The notes under the pieces: model-generated | The model's database searches: none | What the model saw: the letters and a program-made list of their open reading frames with translations, nothing else | What the model was told of the DNA's origin: nothing | Shown here: in pieces, positions 1 through 11,800 of the stretch | Position numbering within the stretch: position 1 is the stretch's first letter | How the letters are laid out: each line of letters opens with the position of its first letter | Source of the DNA: Rhizophagus irregularis | Taxonomy: Eukaryota | Length of the DNA: 64,000 bases | Assembly: GCF_026210795.1 (NCBI RefSeq) | Contig: NC_089430.1 | Span: 186,001-250,000, forward strand | Reading direction: 5' to 3' | Position numbers and translations under genes: made by a program

Positions 1-1121
1 ACAATCTTGTTAAATAAAATTACATCAAAAGAAAAAATACTACTAATTTATACACGTCATAAATATTATATTGGCAAGGAAATATTTATACAAAGTAATG
101 ATCACATGACTTCTTGTTAATCCAAGCCAAAATAGTTCTTTTGTTTTCGACTGAGGAACAGTAACATGAAAAATTTGACAACGTTTGCCTGGTTGTTTTA
201 AATCCAATTTTATTGAATCGCATGCCAATGATTTGTACGTAAACTTAGATCCAAATTGCGCTTTCTCGTAATCGAATAATTTGACAAATAACACCCACAA
301 CGTTTCGGTTTCAGACGAATAAACTCGAGAATGGCCATATTTTTGATAAATAGGCGTAGTGATTATTTCCTTGCAGAATACAGATTTTCCTCATGTTGAA
401 CTAATTTATTGACTGATGGCAAAGAAGTTTCTCCTGTATATATATATCTGCTGATGCTCGATTAATTTGTCGACTGATGGCACGAAAGTTTCTCCTGTCT
501 GTTGATGCTCGATTAATTGTTGACCGAAGAGGATACAGAATTTCCTCTTATTTGTTGATGCTCGATTGATTTATCAAGTGAGAACACTTTGACGACAGTG
601 CTAACAACATATCTTCCAACTTTTGCAACCAAATAAATTTTATTGGTAACTTTACTTATTTTCTGTACCCAAGGCACGAGAACTTTTAAACATTACAGTA
701 TACAAGTACTGGATGCTCACAACATCGGACGCTTTTCCATTGTTACCATTAAAACATAAGGAAACAAAATGCCAGTTGTTAGGCTTTAAAAGTATCTTTG
801 TATGTATCATCACATGGATAGTTGAAAGCAGTAGAGTCAGCTTTTGTTAATAACGCAACTTTGCCCCGAATTATTAATTCAAAAACTTGGTACATTATTC
901 TACGCTATGATTCATCGAAATCATAGTCAGTCCTATCGGAAATTTCTATTAATAATATATTGTCAGTACCTTCATGTAGTTTAAACGAAAATTATACTAG
1001 CAACAGTGTTTAATTTTCGTTACCCATGTGAAATTGGTTATGGCTAGAGATGCAAAGACTTTAATAACTAGCTGCGATGACTTATGACGAATATTTTTGT
1101 GTCATATTTAAGGTCCATAGG

Positions 1122-1917
1122 TAGGGATGGAAAAAGTTCCAAATGGAGTGACTTGAGTTGGTTTTGGAGCCAAACGTCGGAACCATTTTTTAAGCCGAAC
1201 CGAGCAGCGCGAACGGAACGAATGGTTCTATGAGAGTCGACTCCGAAAGTCGACTTTGAAAGTCGGTTTGAAACCGGTTCTGTTCGTCTTATTTTATCAA
1301 ACAATAAAATTTAAAATGTATACTAAATTAATACTTGTCATTTGTCAATATATCATGATTATCAAATCTACCGTTTAATTATATTTTGTAACAGTAAGCG
1401 ATATATTTGTGTTCTGTTGAAATCGCCACATGAAAACAAATAATTGTTATTACAAATTGTCAATCTTTCTATAATAAATTTAATTAAATAAATAAACAGT
1501 TGAATTTCCACATGAAAACTTAAATAATTGTTATCTCAAACGTCATAAGCCTAAAGCGAAAAAAAATTAATGGCTTTAACAATACAAGCAACGAGCGTCG
1601 TATCAGATCGAGCGTTTTCGATCGCTGAAATGCGATTACAAAGACTCGGAATCGTTTATACCACGGCGAGGGCAAGTTTATGTGCGAAAAGTTGGATGGA
1701 TAATTTGGTAAAAGTTCCTTAATTACTATAAATAGTGAACAATTAACAGTAACAGTAACAATAACTGATAACAATAACATTGTAAATAGCGAACATTATT
1801 CTATATAACTAAATCATATTAACGAACATTTAATAATAATAAAGATATCATTTAATAAAATTTATTATTTTGAATATCGTATTCTTTGAACTAATTTGTC
1901 GAATCGACCCATCCCTA
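1122..1917. mobile_element. hAT-type MITE
   Basis: Terminal inverted repeats TAGGGATGG...CCATCCCTA flanked by a perfect 8-bp duplication TCCATAGG (1114-1121, 1918-1925); no credible ORF. Confidence 0.85.
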
Positions 1918-2149
1918 TCCATAGGTTCTGGCATGTTCGAAAACAAAGATTTTTGTAAATTTTTTGATGCGGTGGCTTATACGAATATCTCACTTGTCCT
2001 CACATACGTTAGTTTGCACCAATAAAATTTCACAAAAAACAGTATAAAACCCGAAAATGTCAGTCACGTTACTCTGTCTTGTTAACTCGCGAACGCTTTC
2101 TCTGTTCGATCGCGCAGCATAATAAAATGAGGTCATTCTTATGAAATTT

Positions 2150-2450
2150 TAACAATAAATCAAACTGAGTTGATTTTATGAGGTATTGATTTCCTTAACA
2201 AGGTTAACAAAAGAACGGAAAAAATTATCGCCATAACTAAGCAATAAATCAAACTGAGTTGATTTTTATGAGGCATTGATTTCCTTAACAGGAAACGGAA
2301 AAAATTATCGCCATCATTAACGGAGTCTATCTAATTATTTCTTAACAATAAATCAAACTGAGTTGATTTTTATGAGGCATTGATTTCCTTAACAAGGTTA
2401 ACAAGGGAAACGGAAAAAATTATCGCCATAACAAGAAGTCTATCTTATTA
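2150..2450. repeat. Tandem repeat, 3 copies of about 90-105 bp
   Basis: AATAAATCAAACTGAGTTGATTTT..ATGAGG.ATTGATTTCCTTAACA..ACGGAAAAAATTATCGCCAT recurs at about 2154, 2243 and 2347. Confidence 0.85.
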
Positions 2451-2596
2451 TTAAATATTCATGATGTATTTAAGACCCAAACTTTCTCAAAGGTGCTTCA
2501 TATTTTTTTCTCTTAACAAAAACTAATAAATACATAAAATTTTCCACAAAATTTTCTTTTGAATTTTTTTTTTTTTACTAACGTAATTATCAAGGA

Positions 2597-3946
2597 TGTC
2601 GAATGGTAAGTGTAAAACCTTACTAGTATGTTTTTTGCAAGCGAAGAAGCGGAAGCTATGTACCTTGCTTGATTTATAATTAAGAAACTGCTTCATCTAC
2701 GTCTTTATCGTCTTTATCGTTATCGTCTTTATCGTTATCGTCTTTATCGTCTTTATCGTTTTTATCGTCTTTATCGTCTTCATAGTCGTCTTTATCGACT
2801 TTATCGTTATCGTCATTATCGTCATTATCGTCATTATCGTCTTTATAGTCGTCTTTATCGACTTTATCGTTATCGTCATTATCGTCTTTATCGTCATTAT
2901 CGTCTTTATAGTCGTCTTTATCGACTTTATCGTTATCGTCATTATCGTCATTATCGTCATTATCGTCTTTATCGTCTTTATCGTCTTTATCGTTATCGTC
3001 TTTATCGTCATCTTTATCGACTTTTATTGCAAGTATACTAATATCCTTTTTTTGTACAAAAGAAAAACCGATCGCTTGTCATGGATGTGGAAAAGATAAT
3101 CATAGTGTATATTTCAGTGGAAATATACACAGTCTTTCAGCCGAAGAAATCGAAGCGTGGTTGAAGTCTATAGAAGCTCCTCCATTCGTTCACGTCAATA
3201 AAAGTATTGACCATGGGTAAGTAGTGTCTATTTATATTTTATGTCTCTTGATTATCTTGATTAACAGAATTAATAATGTCAGGTACGGAGTTGTTCATTG
3301 TAACACATATGAAGACGCATGCGTTTTTTTTCATAAAATGAAACTTAAAAAGTATTTTGGCCCATCCGAGACTGTGATGAAGTTTTCCGAAGCTAGAGAG
3401 TTTAGATCAAAAAAACTTATAGAATATAGAGAAGTAAGTTTCCTGGTTAAAATTTATCTCTATATCTCTTCTAATTTCCTATATTTCTTTTTATTTACAT
3501 TTAGATTAATCCTCAGTCCTCAACAATAACTTCAACTTTCTCTTCAACCTCTTCAATTTCCTCTTCGACCTCTTCAACTTTGATCGCTTCTTCTGCTTCG
3601 ATGATTTCTACTTCTTCAATTCCTATGACCACTTTGAAGCCCTCTTCGGATCAATCAAAGAATGATACACCAATTCCAGTAACAGACTTAACTCAAATAC
3701 CATCTAAAAAGGTACTTGGTGCTTAATTATTTCTTGTGTTTTATTTCAATAATATTGATAATAAACTTTTTTTTTTCTTTGAAAAAAAAGCAAAAATTAG
3801 AAATTGATTGTCTCGAATGTGCCAAACTAAATAACCAAATTGACTCTTTAAAATCAAAAGTAATTTCTTTACAAGACGATTTGGTTACTGCTCAAAAAAA
3901 AATCATAGCGTATCAAGATCTCATCGTCGAAAGTCAAAAAAAGTAA
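2597..3946 (+). pseudogene. Multi-exon hypothetical gene: Ser/Leu microsatellite tract, possible RRM-like segment, C-terminal coiled coil; in-frame stops in the repeat tract
   Basis: ATG then a GTAAGT donor; (TCGTCTTTA)n tract reads SLSSLS; later exons give KPIACHGCGKDNHSVYFSGN...EEIEAWLK, YGVVHCNTYEDAC and CLECAKLNNQIDSLKSKVISLQDDL; TAG codons lie in the Ser/Leu frame. Confidence 0.5.
2698..3022. repeat. Microsatellite (ATCGTC(T/A)TT)n, 9/6-nt units
   Basis: Directly visible. Confidence 0.95.
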
Positions 3947-4329
3947 AGTGACTTTCATGTAAAAACGATTTAAGATGATCTTTAAGTGTTAAAAGTCAAT
4001 GATCGTTGACCAGTTTTTTTTTATCCCTTTTCCGCAGTTTATCATTTGATACTGCAGTATTTTCTTTTATTGGATCATAAACTAATATAAAGATTATGAA
4101 TAGTAATGATAAAAAGAAAAGAAAATTATAGTTCTTTAAACAAGTCATTCAACTAGTTAAATTTTTTCTTTTTATTTTTACCCTTTGTCATTATATTTAA
4201 ATTTTGTAGCAATGAAAATATGTATAAAATAAAAAAAAAACAGTGCGATTTATATTAGTTGAAAATTAAGTTTATTATTAAAATATGGAAAGCAATAAAA
4301 AAAAATTTTATGTAGATGTATTTTGTGTT

Positions 4330-4821
4330 TTAAGGTGTTTCAAAACCAAAAATCAAGTGTCCAACGTTCATCCGGATCAAAATTTATATTAGTATCCATG
4401 TCACATCTACAACTCACAGCAACACTCGATATATAAACGGTTAGATCGAAGTTTACTTTCACTAAAAACAAGATTCTGATAAATAAATGTAGTTAGCTTT
4501 CAGTTAAATAGTTTTTAAAAAGAAATGAAAAGGATCATTTACCTGAAAAAAATTATTAACGTCTAACAGCTTTGATAGGATCATATATAAGGGAGCATAG
4601 AGGATTTTTATTTTTTTTAATGAAAAATTTTCATTTTAACAATCAGTATAAATAAAAGAATCATACGAGTGTCATTATTGTTAACTCCATCCCATGTTAC
4701 TGTTGCAGCTAATTTATTTTTCCCAACTTTTTCGACGGTGAACGGTGAAGGTATAAATTGTCTTGGAGTCAGTCACAAAGAGAAGGGAAAGAACAAATAC
4801 AAGAATGATACTTAAGTTCAT
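4330..4821 (-). pseudogene. Degenerate small secreted-protein gene
   Basis: ATG at 4821 gives signal-peptide-like MNLSIILVFVLSLLFVTDS; a frameshift leads to IPSPFTVEKVGKNKLAATVTWDG; GT-AG bounded short introns follow. Confidence 0.4.
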
Positions 4822-5041
4822 TAATCATCTTTAACAATATTTGTACGGTATTATTGATTAACATGTTATATAATCTTAAATGTTAATCTTTAAATGAATT
4901 TCATTTATTTATACAATACAGTATATTAAAAAACAAATTACAGTATTTTTGTTTGTTAAAATAAATATAAGAAGTAGTGTATTTATCTAAAAAAGAAGAA
5001 ATAATTTTTCGCGGCGTTCATAATTTGAAAAAAATTGAAAC

Positions 5042-5330
5042 TAGGCCTGTTCAATTCTGATCGTTCGGGTTTTTTGATCGAAAATCCATTAACCAATCCT
5101 ATCATGTGATCAAATCAAAATTGAGTACTTTGATCGGCTTATTGAACGCAATGAACGGTCACCTTATTTTTCGTATGATAAAATATTTTTCTTTTTTAAA
5201 AATGGCAAATAAGAAATACCATAAAGATATGTTAAACTTTTTGAGGGCGCGTATTAAAATGAAACTGATCAGGTCACAATTTCATCATCAATTCAAACCC
5301 GATCAAAATCCCGAACAATCAGAATTGAGA
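5042..5330. mobile_element. MITE remnant
   Basis: Inverted repeat CAATTCTGATCGTTCGGGTTTTTTGATCG / CGATCAAAATCCCGAACAATCAGAATTG; no clear target duplication. Confidence 0.55.
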
Positions 5331-5620
5331 CCATTATGAGAAATCGTATCCTTTCTCATGAAATAAATGTTTCATAATTTTCGTTTATAAGTGAACCGTT
5401 TATTTATCTCTCCGATTTCTGGTATCTTATATTCTTGAATATCCAGCTGCCCTTTTAAGGTTAGCAATCTTTGTTTTGTACACTACTCTGTTCTTGTCAT
5501 AATATTAAAATAAAAATAAAATAAAAAAATGTAAGCATAGAACTATATCGAAGGGTGGGTCACGTAACCTCTGTATTTTATTCGTATAATTTGGCCATAG
5601 TTATTACCTTTCTAAAGTAA

Positions 5621-5993
5621 GGCTGCTCCAATTTGATAGTTTGTTTAACGTCCTAACTTTATATAAAAATTGAGGGGGGGGAGGGGGTCAAATTAAGTAA
5701 ACATTTAAAAATAAACATAGTTTTTTCTTTATCACTCAATGCATTTTTACTAAAAATACATCTTAATTTATTACAGATAATGCAATTAATAAGTTTACAT
5801 ATATTACTTTTATTAATTATACCATTTTCTTTGGTAGATTCAATTACACTGGAAAGAAATTCTTTTAAATATTATACAGATCGGTGATGTTATTATAAGT
5901 CACGTGATATAACATATGTTTGTTTATTTTTAAAAATTTTTCAAAAATGAGGGGGGTGGGGTACGTTAAACAAACTATTAAATTGGAGTGGCC
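5621..5993. mobile_element. PIF/Harbinger (Tourist)-type MITE
   Basis: About 31-bp TIR GGC(TG/CA)CTCCAATTT(G/A)ATAGTTTGTTTAACGT with TAA on both flanks. Confidence 0.85.
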
Positions 5994-6079
5994 TAAGAAT
6001 AAAAAAAAAATGTAAGGAATATTGATTTCACCACGTGACTTCTAAATGCTTCTTGTGTTACTGCATAAAGGGTCTAGAG

Positions 6080-6989
6080 TAGTGCTTCGATCCATGCACG
6101 GATGAAACCGCGGTATCCGGATATCCGAAAAAAAAAAATAGCTATCCGGATACCGCGGTTTTATCCGGATAAAATATCCAGATAGAAAACATCCGGTTTG
6201 ACCCGTTATCCGGATAAAAAAAATTATAAAAATTTTTTTTTAATCATTTAAATTACTTATTTATTGAAATTATTATCTATTAAATTACCATTTGTTAAAA
6301 TCATACTAAAATTACTAGTAGAATATTCAATGGTCGGTAGTAATTCAGGCCATCTATAATGCCAGCCCGAATTTTGCGAAATTGATATTTGTCAAGAGGC
6401 AGCAGTATCCGGTCCAGCTAAACAAAATTTGGGATTTTTGTAATTTTGGCCACCATTATATGATGTTTGGCCCAAATTACTGTTGATTTATGATTTAAAA
6501 AAAAAGATTTTTTCTAATAGTTAGGTTGAATTGATTAATTTTATATTACAAAATAGTATATAAATCTAATAAAAATAATTAGTTTATGCATAATCTTCCA
6601 TTATTTTACGATTTTAATGTGTTTTTATATTTATAATAACAGATAATGTATTTATTGCAAAATTTTATGTTTCTCAAATTTTCAAAAAATTGACATAATT
6701 CAGGCAAATTCGTAGTGCCAGCCGAAATTAAAATTTTATTTTATTTAAAATTAATAAAATATCACTAATTTCGTTAAAAATATCAAGTCAAAATTTAATT
6801 AAGTTAATGCCACTGATATTATTTGTTAAGATCGATCAATGAAAAAATTTTTTTAAATTTAATCTTATCCAGGTTTTGGTTTCTATCTGGATATATCTGG
6901 ATTTATACCTGAACTGGATAATCTGGATAAAACCTGGATAATTTTTTTAATTTATCCGGATAACGGTTTCTACCTGGATCGAAGCACTA
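6080..6989. mobile_element. hAT-type MITE
   Basis: Perfect 14-bp TIR TAGTGCTTCGATCC; 8-bp flanks GTCTAGAG / GTCAAGAG; many subterminal TATCCGGATA motifs. Confidence 0.85.
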
Positions 6990-7070
6990 GTCAAGAGTGT
7001 AATTTACAGTCATTTAGCATTTCAAACTTCTGTTTTCTAGTAATAAATAAAAGTAGTTTCATTTCGAATA

Positions 7071-7447
7071 TAGAGTTTGGAATCGATTAAGGTTAATCAA
7101 TTAATTAATCGACTAAGACGGTTAATCAATTAAGGTATCTCAAAAATTGGTTAATCGATTAAAATTATCAACCCATAATTCTGGTCAAATTATCTAATGC
7201 AGCCCAGAGCTGTGATTTTTGGTCACATGTTCTCCGAACTTGGAAGAATTTGTATTAATTTTTTAATGATAATAATAATAAATAAGACTTTCCTATAACT
7301 AAATGTATGATCAAAAACAATTTGGTGCAATCTGTGGTCAAAAAAAAAATTTTTAATATTTTAATATTAATCGATTATTAATCGATTAGGGCCCTTGGTT
7401 AATTGATTATTAATCAATTAAGGCTTTTTGGTCAGTTCCAACCTCTA
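7071..7447. mobile_element. hAT-type MITE
   Basis: TIR TAGAG(T/G)TTGGAA; subterminal TAATCGATTA repeats; degenerate flanks TTCGAATA / TTCGATGA. Confidence 0.7.
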
Positions 7448-8898
7448 TTCGATGAAACTAGAGAAATACTGTTTTAAATGATTTAAAATTTACTATTTAT
7501 TAAAACTATTAAAACGCATATACTGTAACTCTTCTTAAAATTACATTTGCAAAAGAAAGGATCTGGCAAAAACTTCTTACTATGGCGTAAATTTTTCACT
7601 GTTATTGGTGAACGTAATGTAAATATATTGGTTTAATGTAAGGCCAGACCAATTTGATTTTCCGTTTAACAAAATCCCCCCAAAATTTTAATTTAAATAG
7701 ACACCAAAAAAGCAAAAATTCATTAATTTTTTTAGATCTTCTCTCCTCCCTCTCAAAAATTTGTCTCTTACTATACATATTAAAAAAAAATTTTTTTTAT
7801 ATAATATTCCCCTCACTATGGAAATCTAATTTTTAGATATCTTTTTTTTTTTACTTTTTCCTCATATTTTCAAAATTTAATATTTAATAGTAAAAAATAA
7901 TTTAAAAAATTTTGTAAATTATTTTTAACCCTTTCTCCCCCCTCTCTTTTTTCAATAAAACTCTTGTTAAACCAGTGTTTGGCAAATGACTTGAAATGAA
8001 CAAATGACTCAAATGACAAGTCATTTGTCATTTGTCATTTGCAACTCAAATGACCTGTCATTTAAGTCATTTGAAAAATATTAAATATTCTGAGAATTTT
8101 TATTAATTATTTTGTTTATTTTTAATTAAGAAAACAAAAATATTAAAACAAAATTGGTTTAATATATATAATCAAAAAAGTTCCAATAGTAGTAAAGATT
8201 TTTAATCACGTGATTTTGTTATTATTTTTACAGGTTATTATTTGTTAATAATAATATTATTATAATTATTTCACTAATGATCATTTTATCCACACAGATA
8301 AAAGTTAATTAATTTTGCAATAAAATATTTAATTGTAACACATGTAGTGGATTCCATTTTTCACCATTTTTATATATAATTGTTGTCTTTATTTAATCAT
8401 AAGATGGCCATAATATTTATTTATGCATATAATTATATAATAAAATTATATATAATAAATAACATATCAAATATTATCACTTTAATAATTATGGTTGTAT
8501 TATTTATTATTTTCAGATTACAGTAAAAAATAAATACTTTGGTGAAATTGATTCTGTTATTTTATTTTTATTTTTAGAAAACAGAAAAGCGAAACAGTAG
8601 ATTCAATTACGCGGACAACATAAAATGAGTCTATATGTAATTCTATCACTACACGTCAAGCCACCCCGAAGCGTGACAAATTCTGTCCTTTATAGATATA
8701 GGTGAATACGAGTCAGAACCAAGAACTTTTCCAAGAACACCCACCTAATAGCACTAGTCGAGCCATAAAAAATAAAAATAAACTATCTAATGTCAAAGAC
8801 ATATTTTAGAAAACTATTTTGTAAAATAAGAAATAAATCTATATTATTGAACCCTATATTATCCCTATAAGTCCCGAATGTAAATAATTACTTGTCAT

Positions 8899-11800
8899 TT
8901 AACGAATATGGGCGTGATGATCATGGAAGATACCGTCCCTATAATAAGGAGTTGTAGCAACGTGTCGATGATTATAATTTCGACACGGAGATGAATTTTG
9001 AGTGGAAACGTCTGGAGCAGGAGGAGGAGGAGCTCTTTTCTTTTGTCGTTGTCTATAAAATCTTTTTTTGTTTTTAGTAATGGATAAAGTACTTTCCCAT
9101 TGTTTAATTAAGGAAGCACGACGTGACCAAATAAGTGTATCAATTGAAGACATTAAAGTTGAAAAAAATTTCAAAAATAAAGAAAATCGTAATTTTTTGT
9201 CTTTAATATAATTATAAAAAATTAATGTAAGGTCACTCAGGACCAAATGATGTATAAGTAAATATCCTGGGTGTGATTGTGGTAAAATATCATCAAAGGT
9301 CGTGTTAAAAAGAGGAGAACTACGTATAGTATCATCCAAATCGAAACCTGCATCTTTAGTATTCGTTATAATAAGTTCTTGTAAATCATGAGCAGCTTGT
9401 GTTAATATATTAATAATTTGATTTGAGTGTTCCTTGCACAAGCCCACGTGTACATTATCATCGCGAGCATAAGCGCATTCAATACATGGTATACTACCGA
9501 GAGAGTACAGACGAGGATAATTACGTTGTTGTATATCAATTGTCAGATATATAAAATTACATTTTTTAATTCTGTTTCCTTGTTGTTTAGAAACTTTGAT
9601 GCTACACAGAGCATCATGATCATTAGAATTTAACCATTCAAGGTGTTTTTCATTTATTAAGAAAAAGATTAAGTCCCATATTAAAAAATTTGATTGCTTC
9701 AATTTTTGTCGTGGGCTGACGATGCCTGATTGCATACGCGTATTGAAAATATTAATACAATTGGCTGAGTCAGTATAAATGTTGATTCTACAATTGAAAG
9801 GAGATATTATAAGTGCCGTGAGTATACCCATACTTTCACTTTTGGAAGAGGAAGGGAAAAAGACAGTAGATCCTTTGAAGTTAATTCGCGGTGTAAAAGG
9901 TTGAACCTGGGTCCATCCGTATCCACTAATACTATGGGTAGTGCCAATATACTGGACGGAACCATCTGTATAAAATGTTAATAAAATTTCTGATTCTAGT
10001 TTTTTGGCACAAGATTTTAATTCTATTTTGAGATCTGGGTGGCAAATTAAAGCGTGATCAATATGATTATCTATATTATTCGAGGGTGAAGAAGTATTTG
10101 GTGTTAAAGTAACGTCTAAAGGACGTTGTGAAGAAGTATTTAAAGGGGATTTATCTATTTTTATAAAATGTTCATACGCAATATGTCTAAGAGTATGAAA
10201 AGGTTTCGTAGCTACTACGAAAGTTTGGTGATTATAATATTCTAATAACGATTTGTATTCAAAAGAGGATTTTTTAAAAATATTAAATAACAATAATTTT
10301 TGTGTTCTTATTGCAATAACGTATGTTGGACGAGTGTCATGCGGATAGTAGGAATGTAAAAGGCAGCCCTTACACGCAATAAGGCCAAGTAATTGTTTTT
10401 TGGGTGTTAAATTATTATCGTGATGGGTTTGTTGGGGTATAAAATGTTGTAAATAAGAAATTGAAGTTGAACGATCTGTATCTTGTGATAAAGTTTTTCC
10501 AAAAATAACTTGTTTTTGTACATTATTCCAGTGTATTGACCATTGTGATTTAGGTATAGTAATAGCTGGGATAATTGAAGGTGATTTGTGTGTTCTACTG
10601 ATGTCACACACAACATCGTTAAGAGGGTGGATTAAGCGTAAATTATTACTAAGTACATAATTGTCCGTTAGTTTTTTGTACCATGTTGGGATTGGTCCGC
10701 TGTAATTGTTATTATTGTTTCTTTTTACATCAGGCCATGAAAGTAAATAGTTTCCATCTGATGAAATGACCTGATCCATATAGATAATATTTTTGGCTTT
10801 TAAAGATTGAATGTCAGCGGTAGAAAGATCTGACATATAATCTCGTATAGGGGTATTTCCTCCTAAAATGTTGATATCAAATGTGAAATTAATTGAAAAT
10901 CCATAATGATTTATTAATCCTAACGCTTTAGTTAGGTAGGTAGGCTTTGCAATATGGTCCATGTATGTATTAATGTTGGACCGAATAGTAGAATACCAGA
11001 TTTCTAATATCGTGTTGTATATTTTCTGAATCGCTATTTCACGAAGTACCAGTGTATTAAAAAGTGCACCTAAAATATTAAGTTGTTATTTCATTTGTAT
11101 ATCAAAGAAGTTGTTAATAGATTGAAACATGTTGTTGTAAATAATATTATCCGCTGTGTTCGATGAAAGGTTCAAACATTGTTTGAATAATCTCTTTAAT
11201 GGTCCCATCAGAGACTGACATTGTTTTAGATTGAGGATCGTATGTTGAAAAATATACTCCAATTTTGGTATAACTATTTTGTTAATAATATATTGTATAT
11301 GGTGATGCGTCAATTTTTTGTTTTTCATGATGTTGTAATGAGCCATCACTATTTGTTTGCCCTTTTGTATCGTTTGTGTTTGTTTATCTAATGCGTTGAT
11401 ATATAAGCCCAAGATGCGTTCACCTTTATTGCGTGACGTGATGGGTATTTCATATGGTCGATTGTTAATTGTAAGGGTAATATTTGGTTGTTTGATGGAG
11501 CGATCATTTGTTAAAATTTTGTATTTATCCATATTAACTTTGATATTATTAAGATCGTAAAAGAATTGGCTATTGATAATTTTTCTTCGATTTGTAATTG
11601 CGAAGAGCCAAACCATGTAGTGTCGTCTAAGTAGTCCACTACAGAGATATCATATGTATGAATGATATCATTATCTTTGTGTTAACAATTTTTCTTTTGT
11701 ATCGCAAAAGTAGAATAGTGTGAATGAGTCAATTGATTGATACGATGAAACATCAGATCATAATATATATTCCAAAGGAGTGGTGAAACAACTTCGCCTT

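Noticed and set aside
43..1050. Minus-strand gene remnant and short repeats at 400-590
   Set aside because: No recognisable domain and frames are broken.
2697..3011. 104-aa TIK/TIM repeat ORF on the minus strand
   Set aside because: Antisense reading of a microsatellite; splice signals favour the plus strand.
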